Assembly (NCBI GenBank): GCA_951406725.2
Contig: OX597826.1
Location: 13,516,001 to 13,580,000 of the forward strand
Direction: 5' to 3'
From: Octopus vulgaris
Taxonomy: Eukaryota
DNA length: 64,000 nucleotides
In this document: positions 1-11,879 of the stretch, piece after piece
How the letters are laid out: each line of letters starts with the position of its first letter
Position numbering within the stretch: position 1 is the stretch's first letter
The notes under the pieces: generated by a model
What the model was told of the DNA's origin: nothing
Databases searched by the model: none
What the model saw: only the letters and a program-made list of their open reading frames with translations
Program-made: the position numbers and the translations under genes

Positions 1-461
1 CATGTTTATATGTCCACGCTGGAGTGTGTATGTGTGTGTATGTGTGTGAGCGCGCCCGTGCGTGTGTGCGCGTGTGTGTATTTATATGCCAGTACGTGCT
101 TGTGTGTGTGTGCGTATGTGTGTGTTTGAGTGTATGTGCGCGTGCTGTATCTGAGGCTGTGTTTATATCTATGGATATGTTATTTGCTGGTCTGTTGTTG
201 GCTAGCACCATGTGAGAATTGGTCCAGAAGACTCATAACGAAGAAGATCCATCCATATTATATATAGCTATCTTCTTTTTATTTACGAGAAAGTATTTGA
301 TTTGTGCATGGAATTCTCTCATCGAAGAGTTAACCCGTTTTCTTTCAATCCTGACGATTGAATATGCACTTTTTACCTCAAAAGTACAATACTTCATAAT
401 GTATATGTGAGCATATATGTATGTATGTACAATACACACGCATACGCATGTATGTGCGTGT

Positions 462-595
462 GTATGTGTAGTAAGTAACTTGCTTACCAACCACATGGTT
501 CCGGGTTCAATCCCACTGCGTGACACCTTGGGCAAGTGTCTTCTACTATATAGCCTCGGGCCGACTAAAACTTTGTGAGTGGATTTGGTAGACAA
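462..595 (+). mobile_element. SINE family A, 5' half
   Basis: Matches head and body of 39373. Confidence 0.82.
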
Positions 596-1027
596 GCTTT
601 CTACAAGCAGGCTAAATAAAAAGCTCCACAAAAGACTGAGAATTTTTTTGTACAACAATTTCAAATATTTCGAAAGAAGTATTTCTGTTTTGTTTCATTG
701 TTTTCACAATCTAACATACTTCTGAATATATTTTCATAAAGGTTGGAATGTTTAGTAATGAAATGTCGACTTAACTTACAAAAAATTATTGATTCGTGCT
801 TGACTGATTTTGTTTACACATACGAAGCATAATCGTGAAGGACCCCCCCCACTTCCAATCCAAGGGAAAGAAAACTTTTAATAACAGTCAATGTATTTGC
901 GATTAGATTGTGTTTCAACTTTAAGGTACGGAAATGTGTTGCATTTCAAATTCATTCATAATTTGTTTTACGCTCAACAATTCTGTTTCTTATTCAGAAA
1001 TGTGTCCATTTCACATATATTTACACT

Positions 1028-1109
<82 letters not shown>

Positions 1110-1115
<6 letters not shown>

Positions 1116-1395
1116 CAACAAGAGGCTTCCAAATAGGAAAGCCTTGTGCTAGAAAGAGCAGTGGAAAACTCAAACCACCAATTAAGGATAAATTCTCGAA
1201 AGGAATGAAAATTAAAAACGTTTACCATCTAAATTCTCAAAAGAAAAGAAAATTAAAAACGTTTACCATCTCTAATTGAGATGGTAAACGTTTTTAATTT
1301 TCATTTCTTTCGAGAATTTATCCTTAATTGCTAGTTTGAGTTTTCTACTGTCTTTGTAGCACAAGGCTTTCCTATTTGGAATCCTCTTGTATTTC
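1110..1395. repeat. Long foldback inverted repeat (arms about 120 bp)
   Basis: 1110-1230 is the reverse complement of 1279-1395, with a partial extra duplication at 1231-1272. A related sequence occurs at about 41365-41575. Confidence 0.82.
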
Positions 1396-1481
1396 TATGG
1401 GAATAATATATAGTCAAATGACTAATTCGTTTTTTGTGCTAGGTCACTGGTAATAATAATTTCTTATTATCCTATTGTTAT

Positions 1482-1582
<101 letters not shown>

Positions 1583-1929
1583 CATACATATATATATTTG
1601 TATTTATTTATGTATGTATGTATGTATGTATGCATGCATGTATGTATGTATGTATATGCGGGTATGTAGGTGTTTTGAAAGTACTTCACTGCGTGACGGC
1701 CGTACCCTGCATATTTACGAGCTGCTCTTTGGGAAGGAACGCATCCTTTCAGCCAACCTGCTAGGGATAGGGTGAAGTCATGTGGGGTGCAGCATAGCGG
1801 ATTGTGAAGAGGCAGCAGAAGAGCTCAACTGAGCCAACGTTGATTCCCAGCGGAGGAATCTTAGATGATCAACGGTCAGGAAAACTGAGCTTTATTATGA
1901 AATAACTGGAATGCATCCGCAGGGGTGGC

Positions 1930-2727
1930 GTTCTTGGTTGTACTCAGCCAATGAAATATTTATTATAACTCAAGCTCTCAATTCAAATTCATAATAATGG
2001 AACTGGGTGGTGCCAGTGAGTTATGGAAATCCGCGAAAAACAGCGATATATATATATATATCCTGAAGATTTCTCTTGAATGAAACAGTACTAGTCCTGT
2101 AGAAGCTCCTTCTATATAATAAAAAAAAAATATATATATATATATATTTGAGTAGTTGAATGAATTATCTTATTAAGGATAATTCGAATTAACCGATACC
2201 TGAGTAGCAAATTCACATAAAAAAAAAGCGAAGTAGTAAAACAAAAAGAAAAAACGACAATAACGCGAGGACATAGTACATGCAAAGTATTAGCATGTGT
2301 TCAAGGAAGGAAAGAAAGGTAGTTTTATGTTCTTGGTTGTACTCAGCCAATGAAATATTTATTATAACTCAAGCTCTCAATTCAAATTCATAATAATGGA
2401 ACTGGGTGGTGCCAGTGAGTTATGGAAATCCGCGAAAAACAGCGATATATATATATATATCCTGAAGATTTCTCTTGAATGAAACAGTACTAGTCCTGTA
2501 GAAGCTCCTTCTATATAATAAAAAAAATATATATATATATATATTTGAGTAGTTGAATGAATTATCTTATTAAGGATAATTCGAATTAACCGATACCTGA
2601 GTAGCAAATTCACATAAAAAAAAAGCGAAGTAGTAAAACAAAAGAAAAAACGACAATAACGCGAGGACATAGTACATGCAAAGTATTAGCATGTGTTCAA
2701 GGAAGGAAAGAAAGGTAGTTTTATGTT
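1930..2727 (+). repeat. Recent 399-bp tandem duplication
   Basis: 1930-2328 and 2329-2727 are near-identical apart from homopolymer/AT run lengths. Confidence 0.92.
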
Positions 2728-2752
2728 TCGAGCAAAGCTCTTTTTCAGAAAC
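2718..2752 (-). ncRNA. Degenerate minimal hammerhead motif
   Basis: gttt-CTGAAAA-a gagc ttt gctc-GAAA-ca-TA-aaac. Same family as 9285. Confidence 0.5.
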
Positions 2753-2802
2753 AGGTGACAGATTAAAGTCCAAAGGAAGACAAAGGAAGAAAATCGCCAA
2801 CG

Positions 2803-2856
<54 letters not shown>

Positions 2857-2864
2857 TCTTTTGC

Positions 2865-3067
2865 TCTTTCATTCTTTCATTCGTTTCAGTCATTTGACTG
2901 CAGCCATGCTGGAGCACCGCATTTAGTCGAACGAATCGACCCCAGGACGTGTTCTTTGCAAGCGTAGGACTTCTCTCTGTCTCTTTTACCAAACCGCTAA
3001 GTTACGGGGACGTAAACATACCAACATCAGTTGTCAAGTGATGATGGGGGGACAAACAGACACACAA

Positions 3068-3142
<75 letters not shown>

Positions 3143-3738
3143 TATGGGTACAGGACGTCACCAACTGTGTAAACAACATGAAATACGTAGACAAATGAGT
3201 TAAATATTTAAACAACGAGAGACAAAAATGGAAACAGGACAAGTAAACACAGAGAAACGACCCTTCATCAGTTGTCGGCTGTCTATCTACTTCTCATTCC
3301 GAGTATTCAAAGGCAATATGAGTCTTCAAAGACAGTTGCTCCCATAAATTCTAAAATATAATTTAGGATTTATGAAGGCTCAAAGTTAGGAATATAATCA
3401 CGATAGTGGAGACATACAAGGAAACCGAACGAAAACAAACATAGAGGGTCGTTTGACCAGAATGTTGGCAGAAATGTTTTCTTTGAAAAGAGAAAAGACA
3501 GAAAAAAACTGCCCAGTGCTTTGAACGCCCGTGCAAGAAAAGGAAGACGGTCACGCGAGGAAGGGAAAGATGGACGATGGTCACGTGTGAGCATACGATG
3601 GGCTTCTTTCAGTTACCATCTACCAAATCCACTCACACGGCCTTGGATGGCCCGAGGCTATTGTAGAAGACGGTTTCCCAAGGTGCCACACAGTGGGACT
3701 GAAACCGGAACCATGTGGTTGGGAAGCAAGCTTCTTAA

Positions 3739-3740
<2 letters not shown>
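2865..3740 (-). mobile_element. SINE family A split by an about 450-bp insertion in its internal microsatellite
   Basis: 3' half 2865-3070, 5' half 3595-3740, unrelated sequence 3145-3590 between them. Confidence 0.78.
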
Positions 3741-3782
<42 letters not shown>

Positions 3783-4856
3783 TACAGAAGCGTCAGCGCT
3801 AAGCACTGATAAAGAATATGCGAACTTCTGAAGTTAAAATATGTCAGAAGCATATCTTAACTTAAAGTTCATATACGCATCTGTGCTTGTGTGTATTTGT
3901 TCGTGCGTGTGTGTGTGTGTCTGTGTGTGTATGTATGTATTTATGTATGTATGTATGTATGTATGTATGTATGTATGTATGTATGTATGTATGTATGTTA
4001 TGTATGTATGTATGTATGTATGTATGTATGTATGTATTTATGTATGTATGTATGTATGTGTGTATGTATGTATGTATGTATGCATGTATGTATGTATGTA
4101 TGTATGTATGTATGTATGTATGTATGTATGTATGTATGCATGTACACACGCGTGTGTGTATGTTTTTGAGCGTGCATGCATAAGGAATGTTGAGTAAATG
4201 TTCATACTGACTTCTAATGTAGGCACAAAGCCAACAGTTTTGAGTGGTAAGGATTAGTCCACACCACGAACCCAAGAATTTGACTGGTACCGTATATTTG
4301 TCGTTTCCGGAGAGTGAAAGGTAAAGTAGACCTCGGAAAGACCGCAAAGCATTTTCCTGACTCTCTGACCATTCCGTCAGCTCTTTGCAGGTTTTTTTAT
4401 TCCACGTTGTCGTTTGCCAATTATTCAAAAGAACAGCCGTTTTTTTTCTTTATTTTGATGCATACAGTTATAAAACTGGTCAAAGTTGGGATTAAGGAAA
4501 CTAGCATTTAGATCTGAAAAAAAAAATCGGATGATTTATCAAGTTAAGTGAAAGATAGTATAAAAAGAATATGAGAGGGTTGGGAGAATGAAAGATAACG
4601 AGAAAGAGAGGAAAAGAAAGAGGTGGTGGAGAGAATACAAGAGATTAGAGATTAGAGAAAAAAGAAAAGAAAAAGAGAAGAGAGAAAGAAGATCTGGTGT
4701 GAAGTGAGTCTTAAGTGTAGAGAGTTTATATTTAATTAGGATCGTGAAAGCCAAAATGGTGAATAGAAAATGTTTGATAGCATGGCTACAAAACTGACGG
4801 AAAGTGGGGAGGAAGAGAACGAGAGGCAGAGAGAGAACGGAGAGAGAAAAGAAGGA

Positions 4857-4900
<44 letters not shown>

Positions 4901-5344
4901 AAATGCGAGAACGAGATGCAGAGAGAGCTGAAGAAGAAAGGGAATTTGTGACATAGGGATGCGAGATGCATGACAGATAGCGCCTATTTAAAAGGGAGGC
5001 TCTTCAAGAAACCAGCAATTTGCTAGGGAGGAACGTAAGATGAAGAAAGACAACGCAAGGTTAATTTCCTCGGTTAGGAGAGAAGGATAAGGAAGAGAAA
5101 AAAACTATTTATCTTCCAGCTTTTCTCCCTGCCTTCACACAGGAAATTAACATTATATACTTAGTATCAGTCGTGAGCGTGAGCTCACATATGTTTTATG
5201 AGAAGATGGTTGCTTAATATGCAAAAATTATGAATATCACATTTTTCAAAAGGCTCGCATTAATTTTAGATTACCGAAAGTTTGAACTTAGAGGCTGCTT
5301 TATTAGCAAGAGAAACATTTGTTGTGATGTGACAGTACGTATCT

Positions 5345-5752
5345 GTTTCTTTATTACCCACAAGGGCTAAACATAGAGGGGACAAACAAGGACAGACAAA
5401 CGGATTAAGTCGATTATATCGACCCCAGTGCGTAACTGGTACTTAATTTATCGACCCCGAAAGGATGAAAGGCAAAGTCGACATCGGCTACGCACTGGGG
5501 TCAATATAATCGACTTAATCCGTTTGTCTGTCCTTGTTTGTCCTCTCTGTTTTTAGCCCCTTGTGGGTAGTAAAGAAATAGGTATGTCGTCTGCCGCTAC
5601 GTCCTAGGTTCAAATTCCGCCGAGGTCGACTTTACCTTTCATCCTTTCGGGTCGATAAATTAAGTATCAGTTATGCACTGAGGTCGATGTAATCGACTTA
5701 ATCCGTTTGTCTGTCCTCTATGTTTAGCCCCTTGTGGGCAATAAAGAAATAA
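5345..5752. mobile_element. Composite of three partial SINE C copies (one minus, two plus)
   Basis: 5345-5488 minus 3' part, 5489-5582 plus tail, 5583-5752 plus body and tail. Confidence 0.85.
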
Positions 5753-5848
5753 CAAATACATACATACATACACACACGCACACACACTCTCTCTCTCCCT
5801 AACTCTCTCTCGCACACATACACACACACTCGCACTCACTCACTCACT

Positions 5849-5901
<53 letters not shown>

Positions 5902-6104
5902 ATACACATGTATGTGTATATATATGCATGTAAGACGGGTTTAGAGAATCATTAGCACGTCGGGTGAACTATTTAGTGGTATTTCATCTGTGGCTACGTT
6001 CTGAGTTGAAATTCCGCTGAGGTCGACTCTAATTCTCATCTTTTCGGGGTCGATGTGATGGACTGAAGATCTTCCTTATGCTAAAATTTGAAACCAATAT
6101 AAAT

Positions 6105-6268
6105 ACGACGGGCTTCTTTCGCTTTCCGTCTGCCTAACTCTCTCACAAGACTTTGGTCTCCCCGAGGCTATAGTAGAAGACACTTGCCCAAGGTACCACG
6201 CAGTAGGACTGAACCTGGAACAATGTGGTTGTGAAGCAAGATTATTGCTGCACAGTCACACCAGCGAC
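6105..6268 (-). mobile_element. SINE family A, 5' half
   Basis: Matches head and body of 39373. Confidence 0.8.
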
Positions 6269-6585
6269 TAACAACTAGAAACGCTGAGTTTGCGATAAGT
6301 GTTCCTCTCCCTACAGAGACACTTTCTTCACAATAAACTCTTCCAAACAGTCAACATCCTAAAAATAGGTCATTCTTGCTCTCCGGCTAAAGTATTACAA
6401 TTTAAACGAAGAAGAAAATTTATATTGGTCATTCAACGATCCCCTTAACAATAAAATAAACATTCATTTCATAGTTTGATAGCTTTGATTGAAATAATCC
6501 CGAAAACGGAAATGAAAACCGCACACTGGGAACAATTTCCGTCTCCTTACGGCTACAACATATATAAATATATATATATATATAC

Positions 6586-6654
<69 letters not shown>

Positions 6655-6655
6655 C

Positions 6656-6730
<75 letters not shown>

Positions 6731-6816
6731 CACATACAGACATATATATATATATATATATACATACATACATATATATATATATATCATATATATATAC
6801 ATACATATATATATAC

Positions 6817-6870
<54 letters not shown>

Positions 6871-7154
6871 TATATCATATATCATATTTACATTAAATAA
6901 CAACAAAATGACAAAATGTAACAGACAAAACCATCAAAAGTAGCCTTATCACTCAATGCTTAATTACTTACCAACACCCTATTAATATCCAATCAGTCCA
7001 AAATGCCAATAAATAAATGACCAATGATAAGATTATCTAATCTCTTCCCACGACACTACTTTCCTTCTCCCAAACCAATTACTTTGCTCGCAGCTGGTGC
7101 CGTCAACCTAATCTGAACGCAAGAATAATGTTGTGTATAAATGTGAAAGAACAG

Positions 7155-7172
7155 CTGCTGCCACCTGGTGGT
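7155..7172 (-). promoter_or_regulatory. Candidate CTCF-binding site
   Basis: Minus strand ACCACCAGGTGGCAGCAG matches the CCACCAG(G/A)(T/G)GGC(A/G)G core, in apparently non-repetitive sequence. Confidence 0.45.
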
Positions 7173-7504
7173 AGTTCTGAAGCGACGTCAATTGAGGGAA
7201 ATGATTGAGCTTTAAGTACTTTCTTCACTTTATCTTTTCGTGACTGTAATTATATTGTAATGTCTTAAAACACTACTACACACGTGATGTTAGATAACTA
7301 GTCGTTTTGGTTATTTATTTCTTTTGTGCTGGGCACATTTCCTCAGCATCCTCATCATCCTCATCCTCATCATCATCATCGTTATCCACATCGTCGTTGG
7401 CATCGTGCTCGTCCATTATACGAAGCAGCAGTGGTAGTCGAAGGAACGAAAATAATATAAATAATAACGGTTGTATAGTATCTGGGCCAGCAACTAGCAG
7501 CAAT

Positions 7505-7561
7505 AGGCGAAGAAGAAGAAGAAGAGGAGGAATAATAATAATAATAATAATAACGATAATG

Positions 7562-7646
<85 letters not shown>

Positions 7647-7652
7647 TAATAA

Positions 7653-7683
<31 letters not shown>

Positions 7684-7992
7684 AAGAAGAAGAAGAAGAA
7701 GAAGAAGAAGAAGAAGAAGAAGAAGAAGAAGAAGAAGAAGAAGAAGAAGAAGAAGAAGAAGAAGAAGAAGAAGAAGAAGGAGGAGAAGAAAAGAAGAAGA
7801 AGAAGAAGAAGAAGAAGAAGAAGAAGAAGAAGAAGAAGAATAAAGAAGAAGGAGGAGGAGAAGAAAAAAGAAGAAGGAGGAGGAGGAGGAGAAAGAGAAG
7901 AAGAAGAAGAAGAAGAAGAACAATGACAATAACGGCAACAAACGGCAACAACAACAGCCATAACATTATCAACAACAACAACAGCAACAACA
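7505..7992. repeat. Compound trinucleotide microsatellite (AAT)n(AAG)n(AAC)n
   Basis: Directly visible. Confidence 0.95.
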
Positions 7993-8526
7993 GTTATGAT
8001 AACATAAAGCAATGCCGTATCTGCTGTTGACCATCTGCTCACGCAAATAGGAACAGAATATTTATCATGAAGATTTGTTATAAATCTTCAGCAGCAGATA
8101 TTCATGGGTTTAAAATGCTAGACTGTTGTTTAACCCCAGGGCCAGTGCTTATCAAGCCGACCAATGACCAAAGGAGTTCACTCTGTAACCATCCAGTTAT
8201 ATTTTACGTTTCAGTATATCTTTATAATGCACTACATTGTTTAGGACCGCAGCTGTGACATGAGTAAGATCTGATTGGCAATGGAGCGACTGTTTAGAGG
8301 TCATCTTCATATGCTTATATCTTTGGTTAATTTCCTGTGCCCGCTAGAAACTGCGTGGACATGTCTTCATATACACATATACACATAGAAACATAGAAAC
8401 ACACACACACAAGCATTCGTACATGCGCACGAACATCCCGTTACCGTTGCTAAATCTTTGAGACGGAAACTGATTGCTTGATATAACTTAACGTGGACTT
8501 GTTTGTCATTGAATATGTTAATACAG

Positions 8527-8651
8527 GAAATAAAAGATCGGTTTCAGACCGGGTGTTGTTTGCTGACCGGAAATTGCGAGAGAAAGGCCACTCCATTAAT
8601 CGCTCCACGCTGCTTTCTACGCTCATGCTTATCATTTGCGTTCTTATTTGA
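8527..8651 (+). CDS. Possible terminal coding exon of a host gene (hydrophobic, GPI-signal-like C-terminus)
   Basis: After acceptor-like ...ttaatacag the frame reads (G)NKRSVSDRVLFADRKLREKGHSINRSTLLSTLMLIICVLI*. Unique, complex sequence. No upstream exon identified. Confidence 0.28.
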
Positions 8652-8839
8652 ACATGTTGGATGCCATCGTTGATTATCTGTCTCCACTAGTGTCCATTAT
8701 TCGCCAACGAATCTCGCTCGTATACATTGATGCCACGCTTTTTAAAATTTAATTCAAGTACGTTTTCCAATCGATTTCTTCAGCATCATAACTCGCACTT
8801 TTCTTCGTATAGGAAAGATCAAAACAGTTGCTTTGGTAA

Positions 8840-8870
<31 letters not shown>

Positions 8871-8878
<8 letters not shown>

Positions 8879-9180
8879 ATCACGTGACCGACCAGGCTAT
8901 CAGATGTTGCTACACATCGCTGGTCACAATGCGATTCGCATTGTTTTAGCCTTCAAATGACGCTACCCCGCTGGCTAAGTGAGCAGGCCAACAGAAGAAA
9001 GGGTGAGAGAAAGTTGGAGCGAAAGAGTACAGCAGGGATCGCTACCACCCGCTGCCGGAGCCTCGGGGAGCTTTAGGTGCTTTCGCTCAATAAACACTCA
9101 CAACGCCCGGTCTGGGAATCGAAAACGCGATCCTACGACCGCGAGTCCGCTGCCCTAACCACTGGGCCATTACGCCTCCA
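8871..9180 (-). mobile_element. tRNA-derived SINE family B, tail type 1
   Basis: Head tggaggcgtaatggcccagtggttagggcagcggactcgcggtcg...ttcgattccc with A/B boxes. Tail ends ctgatagcctggtcggtcacgtgat. Confidence 0.87.
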
Positions 9181-9284
9181 CACACACACACACACACATA
9201 CATACATATATATATGTGACCTCGTGTGTACCGTTGGCGATTTTTTCCTCTGTCTTCTCTTCTCGGGATCTTTCTTTCTCCTAT

Positions 9285-9319
9285 GTTTCCGACGGAGAGC
9301 TCCGCTCGAAACGTTAAAC
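9285..9319 (+). ncRNA. Degenerate minimal hammerhead motif in a Penelope-like fragment (about 9218-9405)
   Basis: gttt-CCGACGG-a gagc tcc gctc-GAAA-cg-TT-aaac. Two core substitutions. Confidence 0.5.
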
Positions 9320-9403
9320 TCTCCTTCTTCCCTTCTTTCCTGAGCGTCCAATAATACTATATTTGTTCCACATCCTCGCGTTGTTGTGTTTTCTTGTTTG
9401 TAT

Positions 9404-9480
<77 letters not shown>

Positions 9481-9482
<2 letters not shown>

Positions 9483-10320
9483 AGGTAGAGCGAAAAATGC
9501 AACTTTCGAAATTGGTAACCAAGAATCGATATTTTGTTGCGAATTAGAGTTAAAAGAAAGGTGTATAAAGAACTTTGTCGCTAAATATGTTTTAGACTCC
9601 GCAACGCAATTGAAAATTTTAAAAATCGCTATTTTTGGTCGAATTGTGGATTTCATGGATTATAATTCGTAACTAATACATATATCTACATATCAGAATG
9701 CAAAACAATAAATATAGTATCCTTAAAAGTTTGCATACCAAATTTCAATACAATTGACTAATATCTTGAGGTTCTGCATCGACTATAAAGGGAACGGGAG
9801 TGTGAACCTCCCGCCAGTGCCGCTTCAAAGGTTGTTTCGTGTGGACGTACGTCGTACATGTGTGAAGTTTTCTGCTTTGTACCTAGACTTTGGTCTATCG
9901 TATTAAAATTAATGATCCTCTGAAATTTAGTGTTGCCTACATTTAGTTATGACCCATAAGCCAATAACGCGTCATGATGCTGAATGATCAATATTTGGTT
10001 CTCCATGTGATCTTAACGAGCGAGTTTTGCCAATTTAAAGGACGTACTAAAATGTGATTTATTTGAACGAGAAAAAGTAAAGGATGTAGTCAGGAAAGAT
10101 CCTTCAACTAAACAAATTGTCAAGATTGTAGCAGAAAAGGTAATTCTTCTTTGGCAAAAGGCATCCATCCCTTGTGTTACGATTGAGTCAGTTAAACCGA
10201 AAATCTTTAACTTTTATCTAAAGTACCAAGTATTACTAAATTCTGTGAAAAATAGATAAAATCTGTGCCATTATTTCGAGCAAAGTGTAATGTGTTTAAA
10301 AACAAGGGATCGAGGAACAC
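9481..10320 (+). mobile_element. Decayed DNA-transposon 5' fragment with transposase N-terminus (superfamily unassigned)
   Basis: ATG 9949 MTHKPITRHDAE*SIFGSPCDLNERVLP, frameshift, then KDVLKC...VAEKVILLWQKASIPCVTIESVKPKIFNFYLKY. The W.KASIP motif is recalled from invertebrate transposase-like proteins. Confidence 0.5.
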
Positions 10321-11697
10321 AATGGCTACATTGAAGCCTTAACTACACGCAAAGATATTCGTGTGTAAGTGTGAGTGTCAATGCACGTGAGTGCTAGTTT
10401 GCGTGTGATTGCGTATATGTGTGTGCATGCGTGTGTGTGACAGTGTAAGTATGTGCGTGTGTATGTGTGCGTGCACGTGTGTGTATGTGTGTGTGACTGT
10501 GTATATATGTCTGTGTATGCACACGTGCATGTCCGACTGTGTGTATGTATGCCTGTGCCTTTCTGTGTGAGTTTATGAGAGTGTTTGTGTTCTTGTTGTG
10601 TATAAGGTAAACAAAATTGCGTGTATCCTCGCAAAGCTTTTACACTTTTGGTCTTAATAATGTCTGTACTCAGCGAGGTGAGATAAGCATAAATATAATT
10701 TTAATTATATGAGAAGCAAAACAAAAAAAAAAAAGAATAATAATAATAATAAAAACATGTTATTTTCCGTAAATTAATTTAATGGTGAAAACCAGCATCT
10801 ACTTGTTGAAAATAAGTGAGGTGAAGAATAATTTAATAAACTCTATTTTACTTGATAGGAGGAAGGATAATTAAAACAATATACTTCTTTTCCTCTACTT
10901 ATTTTTTCCCCAAAAAACTGACTTCCTTATCATTCAAGCCATTCACTTCCTCGTTAGGTTACAATTCGGTGAGATTTGGAAAGGGAAGCGAGGTGTACGA
11001 CCAGAGAGTTTTGATGTGGATGGATGAATGGATGTGAGCAGATGTGAAGGTGAAGAAAGAAAGGTCAAAGTGCAGGAGTAAAATTACAAAAAGAGAGGAA
11101 ATCTTGTTTATTACTCAGTCATTCAATTAAAAACCGGAAGTAGAGTTGTTGATATATATATATGTATATATATATTTCATGCCTTATGAAAATATATAGC
11201 AGAGTTGTTGATTGTTGAAACTGTTCTCAATAATAATAATATATTTCGAAGGGGCCTCTTTCTTCAATCTTCAAATTTGTCCCTAAGGATTTTAGCATTC
11301 ATGCTTTCATTATTTACATAGTTACTCCGCCCACAAAAGCCTAAATATCTTTCCGTTCACTATCTTTCACTCTTCCAGATGGCTACCTGAAAGTATGGTC
11401 CCTCTGTCGATGTCAGACCAAACGTTGTGAATGAAAAAGTGATACTGTGGTCTGTGTTTTTTTTTTGTTTATGAAAATCTTTCATTTGGAAAACACATTT
11501 AGTGTAGCACGAAACCTGACTGCGGCAAGTCACTATGGATCAGTTCTTTGAAAGAGTTTAAACATAGAAACGCTATCAAGACGACTAGACACACACATGT
11601 ACATACACACACACATATACAAACACTCATACACATATACATGTGTTATTATTGTTGTTTTTTGTTGTTATTATTATCAATAATAATAATAATGATG

Positions 11698-11763
<66 letters not shown>

Positions 11764-11821
11764 TAATGATGATGATGATGACAACGACGACGACGATGAT
11801 GGTGATGATGATGATGAAGAA

Positions 11822-11872
<51 letters not shown>

Positions 11873-11879
11873 AATTGTT

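Noticed and set aside
4975-5000. TATA-like cctatttaaaaggg
   Set aside because: Expected by chance in AT-rich DNA, with no linked transcript evidence.
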